Source: Neoechinorhynchus agilis
Lineage: Eukaryota; Animalia; Acanthocephala
Length of the DNA: 64,000 nucleotides
NCBI GenBank assembly: GCA_051530055.1
Contig: CM121342.1
Span: 5,331,489-5,395,488, forward strand
Direction: 5' to 3'
In this document: positions 35,775 through 48,944 of the stretch, in pieces
Layout: each line of letters starts with the position of its first letter
Position numbering within the stretch: position 1 is the first letter of the stretch
Translations under genes and position numbers: made by a program
The notes under the pieces: generated by a model
Told to the model about the DNA's origin: nothing
Databases searched by the model: none
Seen by the model: the letters and a program-made list of their open reading frames with translations, nothing else

Positions 35775-37400
35775 CGGATAATCGGGGGGAGGGGAATGTT
35801 GGATAACATTGAATTCTACGCAAGAACACTCATTGAACCGGCGAAAATGGTCCGTCTTTTTATCGGGCTATTTGCACCAGGATTCGGCGAAAAAAAGGAG
35901 AAATTAGTCGATTTGTCGCGAAAATGGTCCGTCTTTTTATCGGGCTATTTGCACCAGGATTCGGCGAAAAAAAGGAGAAATTAGTCGATTTGTCGGGAAA
36001 ATGGTCCGTCTTTTTATCGGGCTATTTGCACCAGGATTCGGCGAAAAAAAGGAGAAATTAGTCGATTTGTCGCGAAAATGGTCCGTCTTTTTATCGGGCT
36101 ATTTGCACCAGGATTCGGCGAAAAAAAGGAGAAATTAGTCGATTTGTCGTTGTGCCTTTTTTTTGGGGGGGGGAATGTTGGATAACATTGAATTCTACGG
36201 AAGAACACTCATTGAACCGGCGAAAATGGTCCGTCTTTTTATCGGGCTATTTGCACCAGGATTCGGCGAAAAAAAGGAGAAATTAGTCGATTTGTCGTTG
36301 TGCCTTTTTTTGGGGGGGGGAATGTTGGATAACATTGAATTCTACGGAAGAACACTCATTGAACCGGCGAAAATGGTCCGTCTTTTTATCGGGCTATTTG
36401 CACCAGGATTCGGCGAAAAAAAGGAGAAATTAGTCGATTTGTCGTTGTGCCTTTTTTTGGGGGGGGAATGTTGGATAGCATTGAATTCTACGGAAGAACA
36501 CTCATTGAACCGGCGAAAATGGTCCGTCTTTTTATCGGGCTATTTGCACCAGGATTCGGCGAAAAAAAGGAGAAATTAGTCGATTTGTCGTTGTGCCTTT
36601 TTTTGGGGGGGGGAATGTTGGATAGCATTGAATTCTACGGAAGAACACTCATTGAACCGGCGAAAATGGTCCGTCTTTTTATCGGGCTATTTGCACCAGG
36701 ATTCGGCGAAAAAAGGAGAAATTAGTCGATTTGTCGTTGTGCCTTTTTTTTGGAATGTTGGATACATTGAATTCTACGGAAGAACACTATTCGGGAAAAG
36801 GTCCGTCTTTATCGGGCTATTTGCACAGGATTCGGCGAAGGAGAAATTTTGTTTTTCTCATTGAACCGGCGAAAATGGTCCGTCTTTTTATCGGGCTATT
36901 TGCACCAGGATTCGGCGAAAAAAAGGAGAAATTAGTCGATTTGTCGTTGTGCCTTTTTTTTGTGCAATCATCGATTCAAAAAATTGAAGAGGCTCTCCAT
37001 GGTAAAGATGTTAGATTTATTTCCCATTTCGGAACTTTTTGCATATTTAATCGGGGAATTCATCTGCTCCGAATGCGATCAGAAATCGCAAATTCTCCCT
37101 TGCAGCTTAAGGATTCCGCGAAAACGAAGGAGAAATGAATCGATTTGTCGCTGTACCTTTTTTTTGTGCAATCATCGATTCAAAAAGGGAATCCTGCGTT
37201 TTTAGACGCTCTCCATGGTAAAGATGTTAGATTTATTTCCCATTTCGGAACTTTTTGCATATTTAATCGGGGAATTTATCTGCCCCAAATGCGATCGAGA
37301 ATAGCAAATTCTCCCTTGCAGCTTAAGGATTCCGCGAAAAGAAGTAGAAATGCATCGATTAGAGGCTCTCCATGGTAAAGATGTCAGATTTATTTACCAT
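35775..37400. repeat. Complex tandem array: ~66-bp and ~141-bp units, grading into diverged ~190-bp units
   Basis: GGATTCGGCGAAAAAAAGGAGAAATTAGTCGATTTGTCG repeated about 8-9 times, with variable G/T runs. Confidence 0.92.
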
Positions 37401-37618
37401 TTCGGAACTTTGAACTCTTTGATATTAGAAGCCAATCTTTTTGTGATTACCTTTTGGAAATGGCATTCTTTGAGCAGCAATAATGATAGTTAATTTTGTA
37501 GGTTGTTTCCTTTATTGTGGGCAAACTCGCAGTTTCTTAATTATGTGCCGCTTTTGCTTTTTAAATTCTCGAGCATTAAAGTCAAATCGTTGTCGTTGCT
37601 GTAGATATTTGAAATCGA

Positions 37619-38867
37619 ATGGGGAAGGAAAGGCCTGGTTATTTAACTGCCAAGGCTATTTCAAACCGCATGAAAGCCCGAGGCCTACAGAAACTTCGCT
37701 GGTATTGCCAAATGTGTCAAAAGCAATGTCGAGACGAAAACGGTTTCAAGTGCCACACCAATTCTGAGTCTCATCAGCGGCAACTGATGATAGTGTCCGA
37801 ACAACCTGAGCGATTCATTAACGATTTCTCAAGAGAGTTCCATCGTGGTTTTATGAGTACCGTTCGTCGTATTTATGGCACGCGGCGAGTGGAAGCGAAC
37901 ACTGCTTATCAGGAGTACATCAGAGATCGCCACCACATCCACATGAACGGAACCCGTTGGACTACTCTTACTGGATATGTCCAATTCCTGGGAAACACTG
38001 GACAGTGTATAGTTGACCAATGTGAAGACAAGTGGTACATTCAGGCAATACCAAACGATCCCGAACACATTCTCAATTCTGAAAGGACTTTAAGAAGAGA
38101 TAGAACCAGGTTGAACGATTCTGAACGGGAAAGACGTTATATCCAGAAGCAAATGGAACTGGACAGAAAAAGGCTGGAGGACAAGGGCATAGGTGCACGT
38201 GTAGAAGAAGTGAAGGAGTTTTGTGGATCGGCTAATATTCATCTGAAACTTGCGAAGAAACGGAACTCGGATTTTGCTTTGATGCCTTCCATCTCACTTG
38301 AAGAAGATAAACGAGCTAAAAAGGAAAAGAACATTGAGAGTGTTCGTAGGTCCGCACTTGATGATATTATAGCTGATGAGGAACATAAACGAAGAAGAGA
38401 ACGGAGATTGGTGTGGTTAACGAAAGGTATTGTTGTTAAGATTGTTGATGCTGATGATGGAAATTATCCAGAGTTTAATTCGGTGATCCGTATTAGATGA
38501 ACACTGGATACTTAGTATGGTCGATAAGAAAGCAGTAGTTGAGAAAGTGTCTCAGTTCGAAGCATTGCTACAACCTCTTAGAGCGAATGGGCAATTTTTA
38601 TCGGCGAAAAACAGTATTGATCATCCTAATTGGTTTCATCAGGATCAGTTAGAGACAGTGATTCCTTCGATCGGTCGCCTGGTCAAAATTGTCAATGGCG
38701 CCTACTGTGATTCCGTGGCTACTTTAACAAAGGTTAATCGACTAAACTATTCGGCAAATGTGGTTATTAGCCATGGACCATTAAATGGACGAAAAGTCGA
38801 GAATCTACCGTTTGAGGATATTTCCAAGTTATACCACGACGAAAGCTTTGAACGGAGTTGGAAGTAA
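37619..38867 (+). CDS. KIN: KIN17 DNA/RNA-binding protein, 2 exons (43-nt intron GTTTAA..CTTAG)
   Basis: KARGLQKLRWYCQMCQKQCRDENGFKCH..SESHQRQ; QDQLETVIP; FEDISKL. Confidence 0.95.
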
Positions 38868-39722
38868 TTGTATTTAACGAATTTCAGTGTGCGTCGTTTG
38901 TGAGTCGGTCATTAGGTCATCCTTACACATTGAGGCATTCCGTTTAATTCGAATATTTCCCAAACTGGCCACTTTTGCATTTTAGCTTACGTGCAGAGCC
39001 TCTTTAAATCGTTCACTCTAATCTCAGAGATCGTGATGAAGTAATCGTACTTCGATTTTATCCCGTAGCCAACGACTCTAGAATCATATCGAGTGAAAAT
39101 CCATCGGGATGGTGAATTTGGACTTGTACCGTTTTATTATTCGCGAAATATTTCGAAAGAGGAAGCCTCTCCTTATCAATTGGAAGTAGCGAACCTGTCT
39201 ACATAGGAATAACAATAACCAAAAACCTTTTTAGATGATTATGAAGCTGCGAGGTTTCCTCTAATGGCACCGATTCTAGAATCTCTCACCTCCAAACTGA
39301 AGCTTCGCAACAAACGCCGTTTGAAATTAAGTTTGCTCGTTGGAATTTTGCACTTTTGGTCTTTAAGCGCAATTATACCTTTTTTTTAACTATCTCTTGT
39401 ATCTTTAGTGTTCAAGAGGAACTTGGGGACGGATGCACCTCATCAACAAAACAAGAAGCGAGCGGAGTCGATTCGCGAATGTTGTGACCTGTTTGTGTCT
39501 CCTCACACATTTTAGATTGCTTCTGAAGCAGTAAAACGGCGAAAGCTTGGCAAATAAATCAACTATATCTATAGGTCGTACAAATGTCAAATTGAAAACT
39601 TTATCGAATAAGATTTCGTCTTGGCTGTCCCGATTTTACTCGTTGATTTTAAACATTGCATTTTTAGTTTGCTGGATCGACAAACCCCCCCCGTGCCCAT
39701 TGAACGCATAATTAAGCAAATT

Positions 39723-41508
39723 TTAAGAATGTGAGTTTAAACGAGTTTCGCTGGACGACACATCGACAGTACCATAATAATGTGAATAGACGGATTTGAC
39801 TCCTTTTAAAAATGCTAACTGTAATCCAAACTGCAACGTTAGAAATCCAAATCCTTTGAATAATCCGAGTGTTCCCTCGGTTGCTCTTTCGCCAAGGAAA
39901 CATCGATATAGACAATCAATAGGTCCAGTATAGTTATAGATTATAGGAAGATAACATTTGGCTGGCGAGGATGCATTCCAGTTATCGATTATAGATCTGG
40001 TGCCTTGTACTAATAGGCGACAAAGGATAGTTTCTAGTGGATACGTTAAGCACTCGGTCATGAAACAGTCGACAATTTCAAGTTTCGAAGAGCGATACAG
40101 TGTATTTTGAGAGTTTTGTGTGTTTTAAAAGATTCTGGTATGCTCTTTGCCAGAATATTTTTTTTGTAGATAAAGTCTTCTCGAGTGTTTCTATTCGCAT
40201 TTTCTTTGGTAGAGAAAAATCGTTGTAAGATGGGTGAGACGAATGAGGATACCAATGAGCGAGATGCAAAGTATGAAGCAGTTACGAGCATCAAGTAATG
40301 GACGGGGTATGGTCGAGCGAAGACGGGAAGGCTGTTGGACGAAGTGAATGGAGTTATGAGTCGATTTAAAGTATCCGTGAGTACGGTCACAAAGTCGGCT
40401 ACATCGACGGTCGCTTGACTCTTGTTGTTCAAAAGTAGACTTAAGAAATTTATAGAGGCGAAAGACGAACCTGAACGCATGTGTAGATGTGCATCGCATA
40501 GAGTGGAGAGGTCAGAGCGGTCGATATTGTGTAACTCGTAAAGATTTTAAGTCGGTCGATTACTCTTAATGAACGAAGAATTGCTCAATAGAAGACTGCA
40601 GTGACGGAAAATAACCTGTTATCGTCTCTCTTGCTTTCAAACAACAAGTTATAGATTGATTCTCGAACCATGAGTTCAGTTCCGGTAAAGATGTGGTATG
40701 TCGCCATCGATGATAAATTAATCGTCCCTTTTGACTAGAAATTCAGGCAATTAGCCAAACTAAACTGATTTCTCGCCAAAAATAATCTTATTGTCGGAAT
40801 AATAAAACTGGAGAGATTAATAGTTTTTCTATTTAAGATATGCACAAATCATCAAGGCAAAATCCTTCGGAATGATGGAGTTGGAAATGTGGAGATCATA
40901 AACCGCCGCCCGGGTAGAAAATATTTTGAAATCGGAAGTCTCGCTTCATCATTCATTGTCTGATAATTGATTAAAATATTTTCTATTCTTCGGATTATGA
41001 TCACCACATCTCTAACTCTTCCAAACAAATTTTTATCGGTGATTAATGACTAGAAATGTGTTTATCGATTGAGAAATTGTTAAGAAAGCCATGTGATTGT
41101 GAGAGACGCCTAAACTGTATCCCGTGGCCAATTTCGAAAACAAAAACTTTTTTCCTAACGGCTCTAACAACTTACAATTGAACGGATCAATGTCTGGCTC
41201 GTTACTTTTAAAGCATCCAAAGGAGTCAAGTGGAATGCGGTTGATCCATCATTGACCTAAATACCGAAACAAATAATTTGGCTTAGACTGTCAAATACCT
41301 GTATTTGATGTCTTAGAGACTTAAATGGAAATACAAGAACGTATTTGGAGATGGTTCTATAAGAGACGAGACATCTAATTGAGAAAGGGACGAAGTTTTT
41401 TAACCTGGCTGCAAAATAGACGACCTCTGCAGTTGAATCAAGAGAATGATGTTCCTGGTACTTCGGTCCTCTGATTGGCATATTTCGGACTTCGTATAAG
41501 CCAGCCAT
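39723..41508 (-). CDS. SLC25A46: Mitochondrial outer-membrane carrier SLC25A46, multi-exon
   Basis: VLVFPFKSLRHQIQ/VN..FHLTP, SPLYA..TCVQ/S, YPLETILCRLLVQGTRSIIDN, GLFKGFG. Confidence 0.85.
40083..40150 (-). other. Predicted GC...AA hairpin intron (68 nt)
   Basis: Frame change between two conserved segments with no usable AG; CAAAGAGC-ATAC pairs with GTATCGCTCTTCG; removal gives YKKNIL/LEIVDCFMTECLTYPLET. Confidence 0.55.
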
Positions 41509-42249
41509 GTTCTGAAAGGTCCAACTTTTTCAAAGTTACCGATTTCCAACGACTCATCCATCTATCGAAAAAAACAACCCACCATCACCCGTTCTTTTAC
41601 TCATTTTGAATGGACAAAACCAATTTAGTCGTTCATTGATGGATCCTCAAAGTCGAGGAACTCACTAAAGAGACGAATTGCGAAAGAATACTTTTATCTG
41701 TGAGTCATTCTGTAGATCGGAATTCGTGTTCACTCAATGAAGACGATCTTGTCGTACTTGGTAAATTCGAGGAGGCCATACAAAACAGAGAATTGGTCGC
41801 TTAAAGGACGTTTCTTTAGATTCGTTTACAACTTCCTCATAGATCGTTGGCTGAACTTAGCGCTCGTTCTTCATCGACCTTTTTTGTTTTGAACGAATCT
41901 CTAAAGAACTCATTGAAGTGATGAACACAGTTAAGGATAGATTAGAAATGGAGACTATTGAGTGCTGCGAAATGACAGCTCTTTTTAAAGTGAACTGTTG
42001 GTTCAAGTCAAAAAATGCAAATGGAATCTAACGGTTCAAAAAGACAAAAAAAAAGAGAGGAGGTTTCAAAGGGGAATTCTAAGAAACAAACTGAAGATTT
42101 ACAAAGAAGAAGAATACGGTTTTGATAGATTCCATCATTGTGGCACAAAAAACTACTAAGAAAGCTACAGTTGAACAAAAGGTCAACGAAACATCTGAAA
42201 ACGAATGAGGAAAAAAGGTAATAGAACGAACCGATTCATTTCTGTAATG

Positions 42250-43000
42250 ATACGCCTTCTCCACCCCCCTCGATCCGTCGTGTTACGAACTCCTCCATCA
42301 AAGACATCGCCACCTTTAATTCTTCATATCACTCAACTCCTCTGCTAATTCCCTCCAAAAATCCCTTCTCAAAGTAACTTTTCACCAATCGTTTCCTTAA
42401 CAAGAACTTTCTCTTCGTATCTATCCTTCACAAAAATCAACCCGGATCTCATTTTCTCTATAGTGTCCTTCACTTTTAACGAACATCCCCAAAACTCGAA
42501 GAATAAGCGACTCCTCGTCTTCTTTGACTACGTTCAACCCCACAGACCCCCGAAATACCATAAATGACAAATCCTGTCCTTCCATATTGAACATTCTTTC
42601 CCAAAACCTATTTAAATTTGTCCCATTCTGAACTAAAACATTTTCTAGACTCCACCAATGAGAACCTCTACCCTGACTACTGACCTTTTCACTGAATCAT
42701 CCACGAACTCATCGACCCTCTTACCCACATTCTTCTCAAAATGCTTCGAAATGATACTCTCAATCTCCCACTTCCAGCGTCCTACGAGCCACCTCCCCTT
42801 TCGCACACCTTCCGATCTGCTTTACCTACCAAAAGACCGAAATCACAAATCCGTCACATTGAAACGTTTCATGGAAGAGTCTTTAAAATTTGGCCATCAT
42901 CTTTAGAAGATTTTAAACAACCGAACCGTATCTCAATTTAAAAACTACCATTTCTACTAGACTTTATTCTCTTTTTTCGCAAAGAGCACAACACACGTAA
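42250..43000 (+). mobile_element. Possible highly decayed non-LTR retrotransposon remnant
   Basis: C-rich, A-rich sense-strand composition and broken ORFs (e.g. KRLLVFFDY); no diagnostic motif. Confidence 0.3.
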
Positions 43001-43079
43001 TCCCGATTCCTTTTATAGTTCCTTTTCCCTTCTACCCAATCCTCTGTCGGATTTACCGGAAATTGAACCTGAGGAAAGA

Positions 43080-43961
43080 TTCAAACCCTCCAAACTCTCC
43101 TCGACGCGAATAATCACCAACTTTCCCCTCACTCGCGACCACGCCAAAACCCAACGAGGTAAATTGTTTTTCGTCTTCTTTGAACAAAAACGCGTTATTA
43201 TTAGAATGGAACAATATTGGCACATCTCACGTTCACACAATCAGGAATGCAGCATTGTCTTTGGCATACAATGTTATAGACACAATCGTACCAGAGGCAG
43301 CACTCATCGCTCGTTGCACAGTGGTCGTGCTTCGCTCCACAAATTCGAGGCAAAACGAGCTCACTAAAGGAATCTATTCAAGATTTGATCGGTTGAAGGA
43401 CCTCTTTTAATTTGTTGACTAAAATTATCCACCTTTAAAAAAAATACTTACAAATACGGCGCAACAGCCAATCTTTTTGAGCGGTTCGGAGAAATGAGTC
43501 CATTGTTTACTGCTATTATCATTACCATGAACCCAATCAATCTCATTTCAGATCGGTTTTCTTCAATATGAGCACAATCAGCAGCGTTTCTCACGGTTTG
43601 GATGCAAACGTCGTAACGGAGCACGTATTCGAGATTATTGCCGAGTTTGCTTCCAAACGGGTTGAAGGTAGGCTTGTGAGACATGGTCCCAAAGACCCTA
43701 AGAATCCGAACAGTTCTCATTGAAAAACTGAAATTTATCCAAGATGCTTGTTGTCTCATGTCGCGAAAATGCATAGACCTCTTTCGCTCTATAGCTCAAC
43801 AAACAAATGAAGACAAAGCCGGCGAAATCGAGTCTCTAGATGTCGCCCTTCTTGAATTAAAAAGTTCTGTACAATCATTGGAAAAGACCGTTGGTCGTCT
43901 CAGGAACCGAATTGTAGCAACTGAAGCAGCTTTGAAAAAAGTAGAAGCGAAAAAGGTGTGA
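43080..43961 (+). CDS. Short coiled-coil protein resembling the N-terminal half of tektin; ~4 exons; start approximate
   Basis: EWNN.., TNSRQNELTKGIYSR, KRVE...SRKCIDLF spacing matches the recalled tektin KRLE...KRMGIDL. Confidence 0.4.
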
Positions 43962-44252
43962 GTTAATCTTGGGTGAAATAAAGTCCGCTGCGAACAGGAT
44001 TCGGAACTCTTTTTCTGAAGGATTCCATCATATTTCGCAGTCGGTCCATAACGAGCTCAGGTTTAACATCTACAAACGTTTTCATAGTTTAAACTGGTTT
44101 TGTGTTAGCCTCGATCGAAGCTAAAGATCCGTTTGTGGTCAGCTACTTGTGAACGTATCACCGATTTACTATTTGTTTGAAAAAGTGATAACCGAATTCC
44201 CAGCTTTATTGGATTCATTCAAAGTATTTATTGAACACAAAACGATTTAACA

Positions 44253-44660
44253 TCAACGCTTTTGCTTCGAATATTCCGAACTTGAAGCAGCAGTGTCGTC
44301 GTAATCACTGCTCTCCTCTTGGCTTTTGCCCTTACTGATTGAAAAAAACGGCTCTCCTGCGTGTTTTTTATGGTAATAGTGAACTCCACAAGCGCATGGA
44401 ATTATAATCAGTGGAATCGCGATCAGCAATACTAACGCCGGTAATGGTATCTTGCGTTCTTTGACTGGAACAAACTCTTTATCCGCCGCTAAAAGGTCCG
44501 GATTCGGGCCTAAAGGCGCTCGTTTTGGACCATCATTGCCGGATTGCGGGTTTGATTTCGCACTCCTTTTGACTAAGGAAGATCTATGCGGATTGATCGC
44601 CAACGAACTTAGGATCCAAAAATAAACTGCAACTATAACAGCCATCTTCATGTGGTCCAT
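44253..44660 (-). CDS. Small single-pass membrane protein with signal peptide
   Basis: MAVIVAVYFWILSSLA signal; TM LPALVLLIAIPLIIIPCACGV. Confidence 0.6.
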   Translation of the reverse strand: MDHMKMAVIVAVYFWILSSLAINPHRSSLVKRSAKSNPQSGNDGPKRAPLGPNPDLLAADKEFVPVKERKIPLPALVLLIAIPLIIIPCACGVHYYHKKHAGEPFFSISKGKSQEESSDYDDTAASSSEYSKQKR

Positions 44661-44884
44661 TTGCTTCAACAATGCCCATCAGCGCATTTTCATCTTGCGT
44701 TGCTATAGTAATATTGGTAACAAGTAGCCTAACGATTTCATTGATTTGTTGCAATTTTTCAAAGAAAAAAAGCGTTCAATAATTTTTTTCAATGACAAAT
44801 TAGGTTGAAAATGCTTTTTAGACCTTAGGAGACATGCGTTTGGGTCTATGGGTGAACCCAAAAACCCTTTTTGCCACTGAACCT

Positions 44885-46450
44885 TCACGATTTATTGTAA
44901 GACTCTTTGTTCAGTTCCTTATATAATGGTAGTTCGTTGTTAAGTGCTTTGTGATTCGTTGTAAGTTTGGATGTATTGTCGTCTGATTTGAAGTATTTTT
45001 GAATCCACTGTGAAAACCTGTTGCCAAACTCCTTTGATTTGTTTCCGGTGTCCCTAGAGCGAAATTCTTTACTTGCGGCCTTTTCCTTTTTCCGGAAACT
45101 TGTTAATACTTTTAAATGACGGCCTTTGCTAATAAAACTACCGGTGCTCGTGTTATTTGAACTTGGTTTTTCGATGTGAGTGCCGGGTTCAGCGCTTACT
45201 TTAGACTGCCATTTCTTATTACATACCGTGAAGGATCTACTGCTGAACGTGACACAAGGACTATTTGTGCAATTCCCATACCTACGCTGATCGTTTGCAA
45301 AATTTGAGATAACAGACGTTGGTGTATTGCAAATAATTCGATCAAATCGACTGGGTGCTGTGTTTTGGCGAACCAACAAATTCGATGCTCCACATTCTAG
45401 TTCGTCTGTTCGGCCACCTTCGAATACATTACAATAGTGCGGAAATTGGTTCTCAGTGGTTTTTCGGCAGTCGGGAACTTCTTGCCTAAAGCCGTTCGCA
45501 ACGGCATAGTAAGTTTTAAAACGAAATGTGGGCGTATAGTCCTTTAGGGAGCCAAGTCTCGGACGATCAGGCAATTCTGTTTGTGTGCTGGACTCAACTG
45601 TGCTCAAATTAATCGACTGAGTGCCGGAATCTACGAGAACTTTAAGTTCGACGACGTTTTTCATTTCTGGAAATTGGCATCCGATGTCAATTTTCTCGTT
45701 GGTTTCATAGCGATAGACAAGTGGATGGGTCCGTGGTTGTCCTGGTGGTACAGTCAGTTGACCTGATGGCAGAGATGCCCGATTTCCTGCGATACAATAG
45801 GCTGCATGTGCTGGGGCAATAATCTGTTCTGTCAGGCGGCGACAATATTTAGATCGGGAATGAGATTAGACTGACGCTTAAGCTCATCCCTGATATTGTA
45901 CGAAGATGTCTTGATTCATTTGGACGGAAAACGGCATTACCTTCAGTCGACTTCTTGGTTGGAGATAAAGACGATTCACGAATGTACAGTGTGGACGTTT
46001 GATTTGGAACGTCGCTTATCTCCCGAGTTCTCATTGCAACTGACATTGAAGGGGGCTGGCGGACTATTGGGTCTATGAGCAGCGAGAGTTTTTGTACGTG
46101 TACCGAAAAGTAAAGGAAAGGGCTGCTAAAACGAAACTAGCGACCTGCACGTGACATTCTTTAACAAAAGAGGGACAGCAAGACACAGTTCTCGCTTCTT
46201 GGCATGAAACTCGGTCTATGCGCTGGAGGTCACAACGAGTCGTCCAAATGTGTTCAGCATTCGGTAGCGAGCAACCTTCCCCCCTTCCCAAAAAAAACTA
46301 TGGTATTTTTGTTGTTAACAACGAAACGGTCAAGAATTAGAGTCAATAAAAACGCCTAAACTTGCACGCCCGAATTAGCGACTTTAACAGTTGTGAATAC
46401 CGGCCGTCCTCAGCGATATGGACAATGCGATCGAACCGAACCGCAGGAGA
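44885..46450 (-). CDS. Unknown Ser/Thr/Lys-rich protein, multi-exon; 5' end uncertain
   Basis: Reading frame open from ~45863 to 44885 (>320 codons), with further upstream segments. Confidence 0.5.
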
Positions 46451-47269
46451 GTTCCTAAACCGTGACACGATTCAGTTCTTTCAACAAAAGATTTCACTTG
46501 CACCATAATGCTCTAAAAATTTATTATAAGCAGAGATTACAAAATGGTGCATTTAACAAGTAACAGATGAAACAGAATGGCTTCTAAAATACTCAAAATG
46601 AATCCCTAAAATGTTCTGTACCAACAATGGATTTATAGATTTTGGAAAGAAAGTCGACGTACACTTTTGACAGGATTCGTAACTTTTGGCTTGCTCTCGT
46701 GCTTTTTATTTCAGTTAAATCCGTCAGACATTGCGGATATCCTTATTTCCATGAGGAAAACATTTGCATTACAGATTTGGGCTTATGATTAGATCACGTA
46801 ATCAGACGCAATCAATAATGATTCTTTTTGTAGCATTTATTTTTTCTTTTTCACCAGGAACAATCTAGTTTTGTTTCTCCAAATGTTAAAGTCAATCTCT
46901 TTGCTTCTAGGCAAAATGGAAACGCATTATTGGTTGCTCATTTTAGACTTTAGTTTTTAAGAGCTCGTTTTTGACCGGTCGAAATGTTCGGTCCATCCAA
47001 ATCTTTAGGTACATTTAGCCAATAGCGTCATTTGTGTGATCTATGAGTGTTCAATGAAACGTATTTGTGCGGCAACTTCTACAGCAAAAAGGATGCACCG
47101 TCTCAGTGGAAACTCTTTGGTCTTAATTCCAAAGATTCATACATGAACACTTGAAATTCTATGCTTTTTGCCGTCCCTGATCTATGTAAAAATTTCGCCT
47201 ATTTATTCGTAAACTCATGAATTTAGACATCGTGTTCTCAAACGCTTGTCATACCGCCAATTTCATTTC

Positions 47270-47636
47270 GCCCCGACGAAGCAACAAATCAGTCAGGAAT
47301 TGTTTTGAATACCGGAACACTAAGGTGATCGGGACGTTTTTGGTCGGTTTCCCCGGACATTCATGAATCTCAACGCATAGGGTTTCCCTAATTAGATTCT
47401 ACCCATTATTCCGTTTTATATAAGAGCCGTTTCCTTAAGTACTCCTAAGCTATTCCCAGTGAAGGGTTTGTAATGTGCGACCCCAAGTGAAGAGATCAAT
47501 TGTGTTCTTTGCTCCGAGGACAAACTATTTCTTTATTGTATTGAGTAGCCGTTTGCTTCCATCCGCTGCACTCCAATATCTTGAATACGTGGTCTACATT
47601 ACAGGCATCGCAGATCAACTTCGGACCACGGTGAGG
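47270..47636. repeat. Inverted duplicate of 26448-26843 carrying a 29-nt deletion
   Basis: Direct sequence comparison. Confidence 0.9.
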
Positions 47637-48214
47637 GGGGAAACAAAGTGAATTAGCCCGAATTTGGAAAAGGCTGCTTTAGAGCATCATAGAAAACAGG
47701 AAGTTCCGTATATACTGGTACCGTGGTTTTCATCTCAACCCGCTTTAATGGCAAAGGTCGATGTTCATCAGGGCATGACTACTTCAACACAATTTTACCA
47801 TACGTATGAATTTGTCTCTTAATCTCTCCAAATCAATGGGCATTTTCAAGGTCCGTTATCTCGACCTCGAAAAGATCTTAAATCCTTTTTTTAATAATCT
47901 GATGAACCCTGTGAAGGATGCGAGAGCCGACAACATCTTCATGCTTCTTGCCACACGTTTACAATTAATCTATCCCCCCGCCCAAAACTGATATTAACTC
48001 AACAAAATGGCCAAACGAGCGTTGAAACTAAGCTCGAATCCATGGAAAGCTCTGGAAAACTTGGGTATCCTCGGCATAGTATTTTTCTCAAGAGGTCGTC
48101 CTCCAGAACTTAAGGCTTTCTTTGTCGACGCCTTCCTACAGACACAGAAGTGATGCCGTAAACATTCATTATCGTTAATTTTTTAATAGTTATTTTTGTT
48201 TCAAAGGGAAACTT

Positions 48215-48505
48215 TTTTTCTAGGTTTTACGATAATGAAACAAAAAACGCGCAATCACCACCGTCCGCAAAATCGAAGCTTCTCTCCTTCCTCGGCCGTT
48301 TCTCTCAATTTCTTCGAGAGATTCTGGAGCAGAGTGCCGAGCTGCCAAGCGCTATTCTGAAGGGGACAAAATAGTGGGCCCTTGCTAAATCCCTATATTT
48401 TCGTACCTTCCTCCCTTCCGCTGCACCTCCAGCGATTTCGAGAGACTGGGAAATGTTGCTTACTGCGAGGGAGTCCACAATCGTGGCGTCCCAGAGAAGA
48501 CATTA
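48215..48505. mobile_element. Rearranged fragments of the CRE-like retroelement (sense thumb-region piece plus antisense RLE piece)
   Basis: 48245-48355 matches 61981-62120; reverse complement of 48375-48505 encodes CLLWDATIVDSLAVSNISQSLEIAGGAAE and matches 63010-63100. Confidence 0.8.
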
Positions 48506-48944
48506 ATGAATTAATCTTTTTGTCCCTGAACTTTGGGAATGCGAGTCCCGTCTAACCGAGCAGCGGAAATTTTTTATTTTCTAAGCATTCTTGCACGAGA
48601 AACTCTTTCAGTACCACTTCGAAATGAAAAATTCTTTTAAATAACCAGAATTGCGGCACGAGACGGTGAATGCCAAATTAGAATCAAAATGCAAATTGGT
48701 CACGTAATTGAGTTTTTGTATGGATTTTTTGAAAGGATGCTTATTCCGCTCACTAATGCAGAATACTTGCGAAAATGCATATTTTAAAAGTAGATCAAAT
48801 TTGTTCAGGGTCCATAGATGCATTTTTTGCTAAATTCCACATTCGATTTATCAGAAAAAATGGAAGCAATTTCGCCCATTAATTTAGAGGGCATCGAACT
48901 CATCGGTACTTAAGGAATGCAAGAAAAAAAAGTCTAGCATATTA

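Noticed and set aside
35769-37378. Repetitive ORFs (MGGGMLDNIEFYGRTLIEPAK...) and a CRISPR-like look
   Set aside because: By-product of a ~141-bp unit divisible by three; frames break at G/T runs; there are no unique spacers and the context is eukaryotic.
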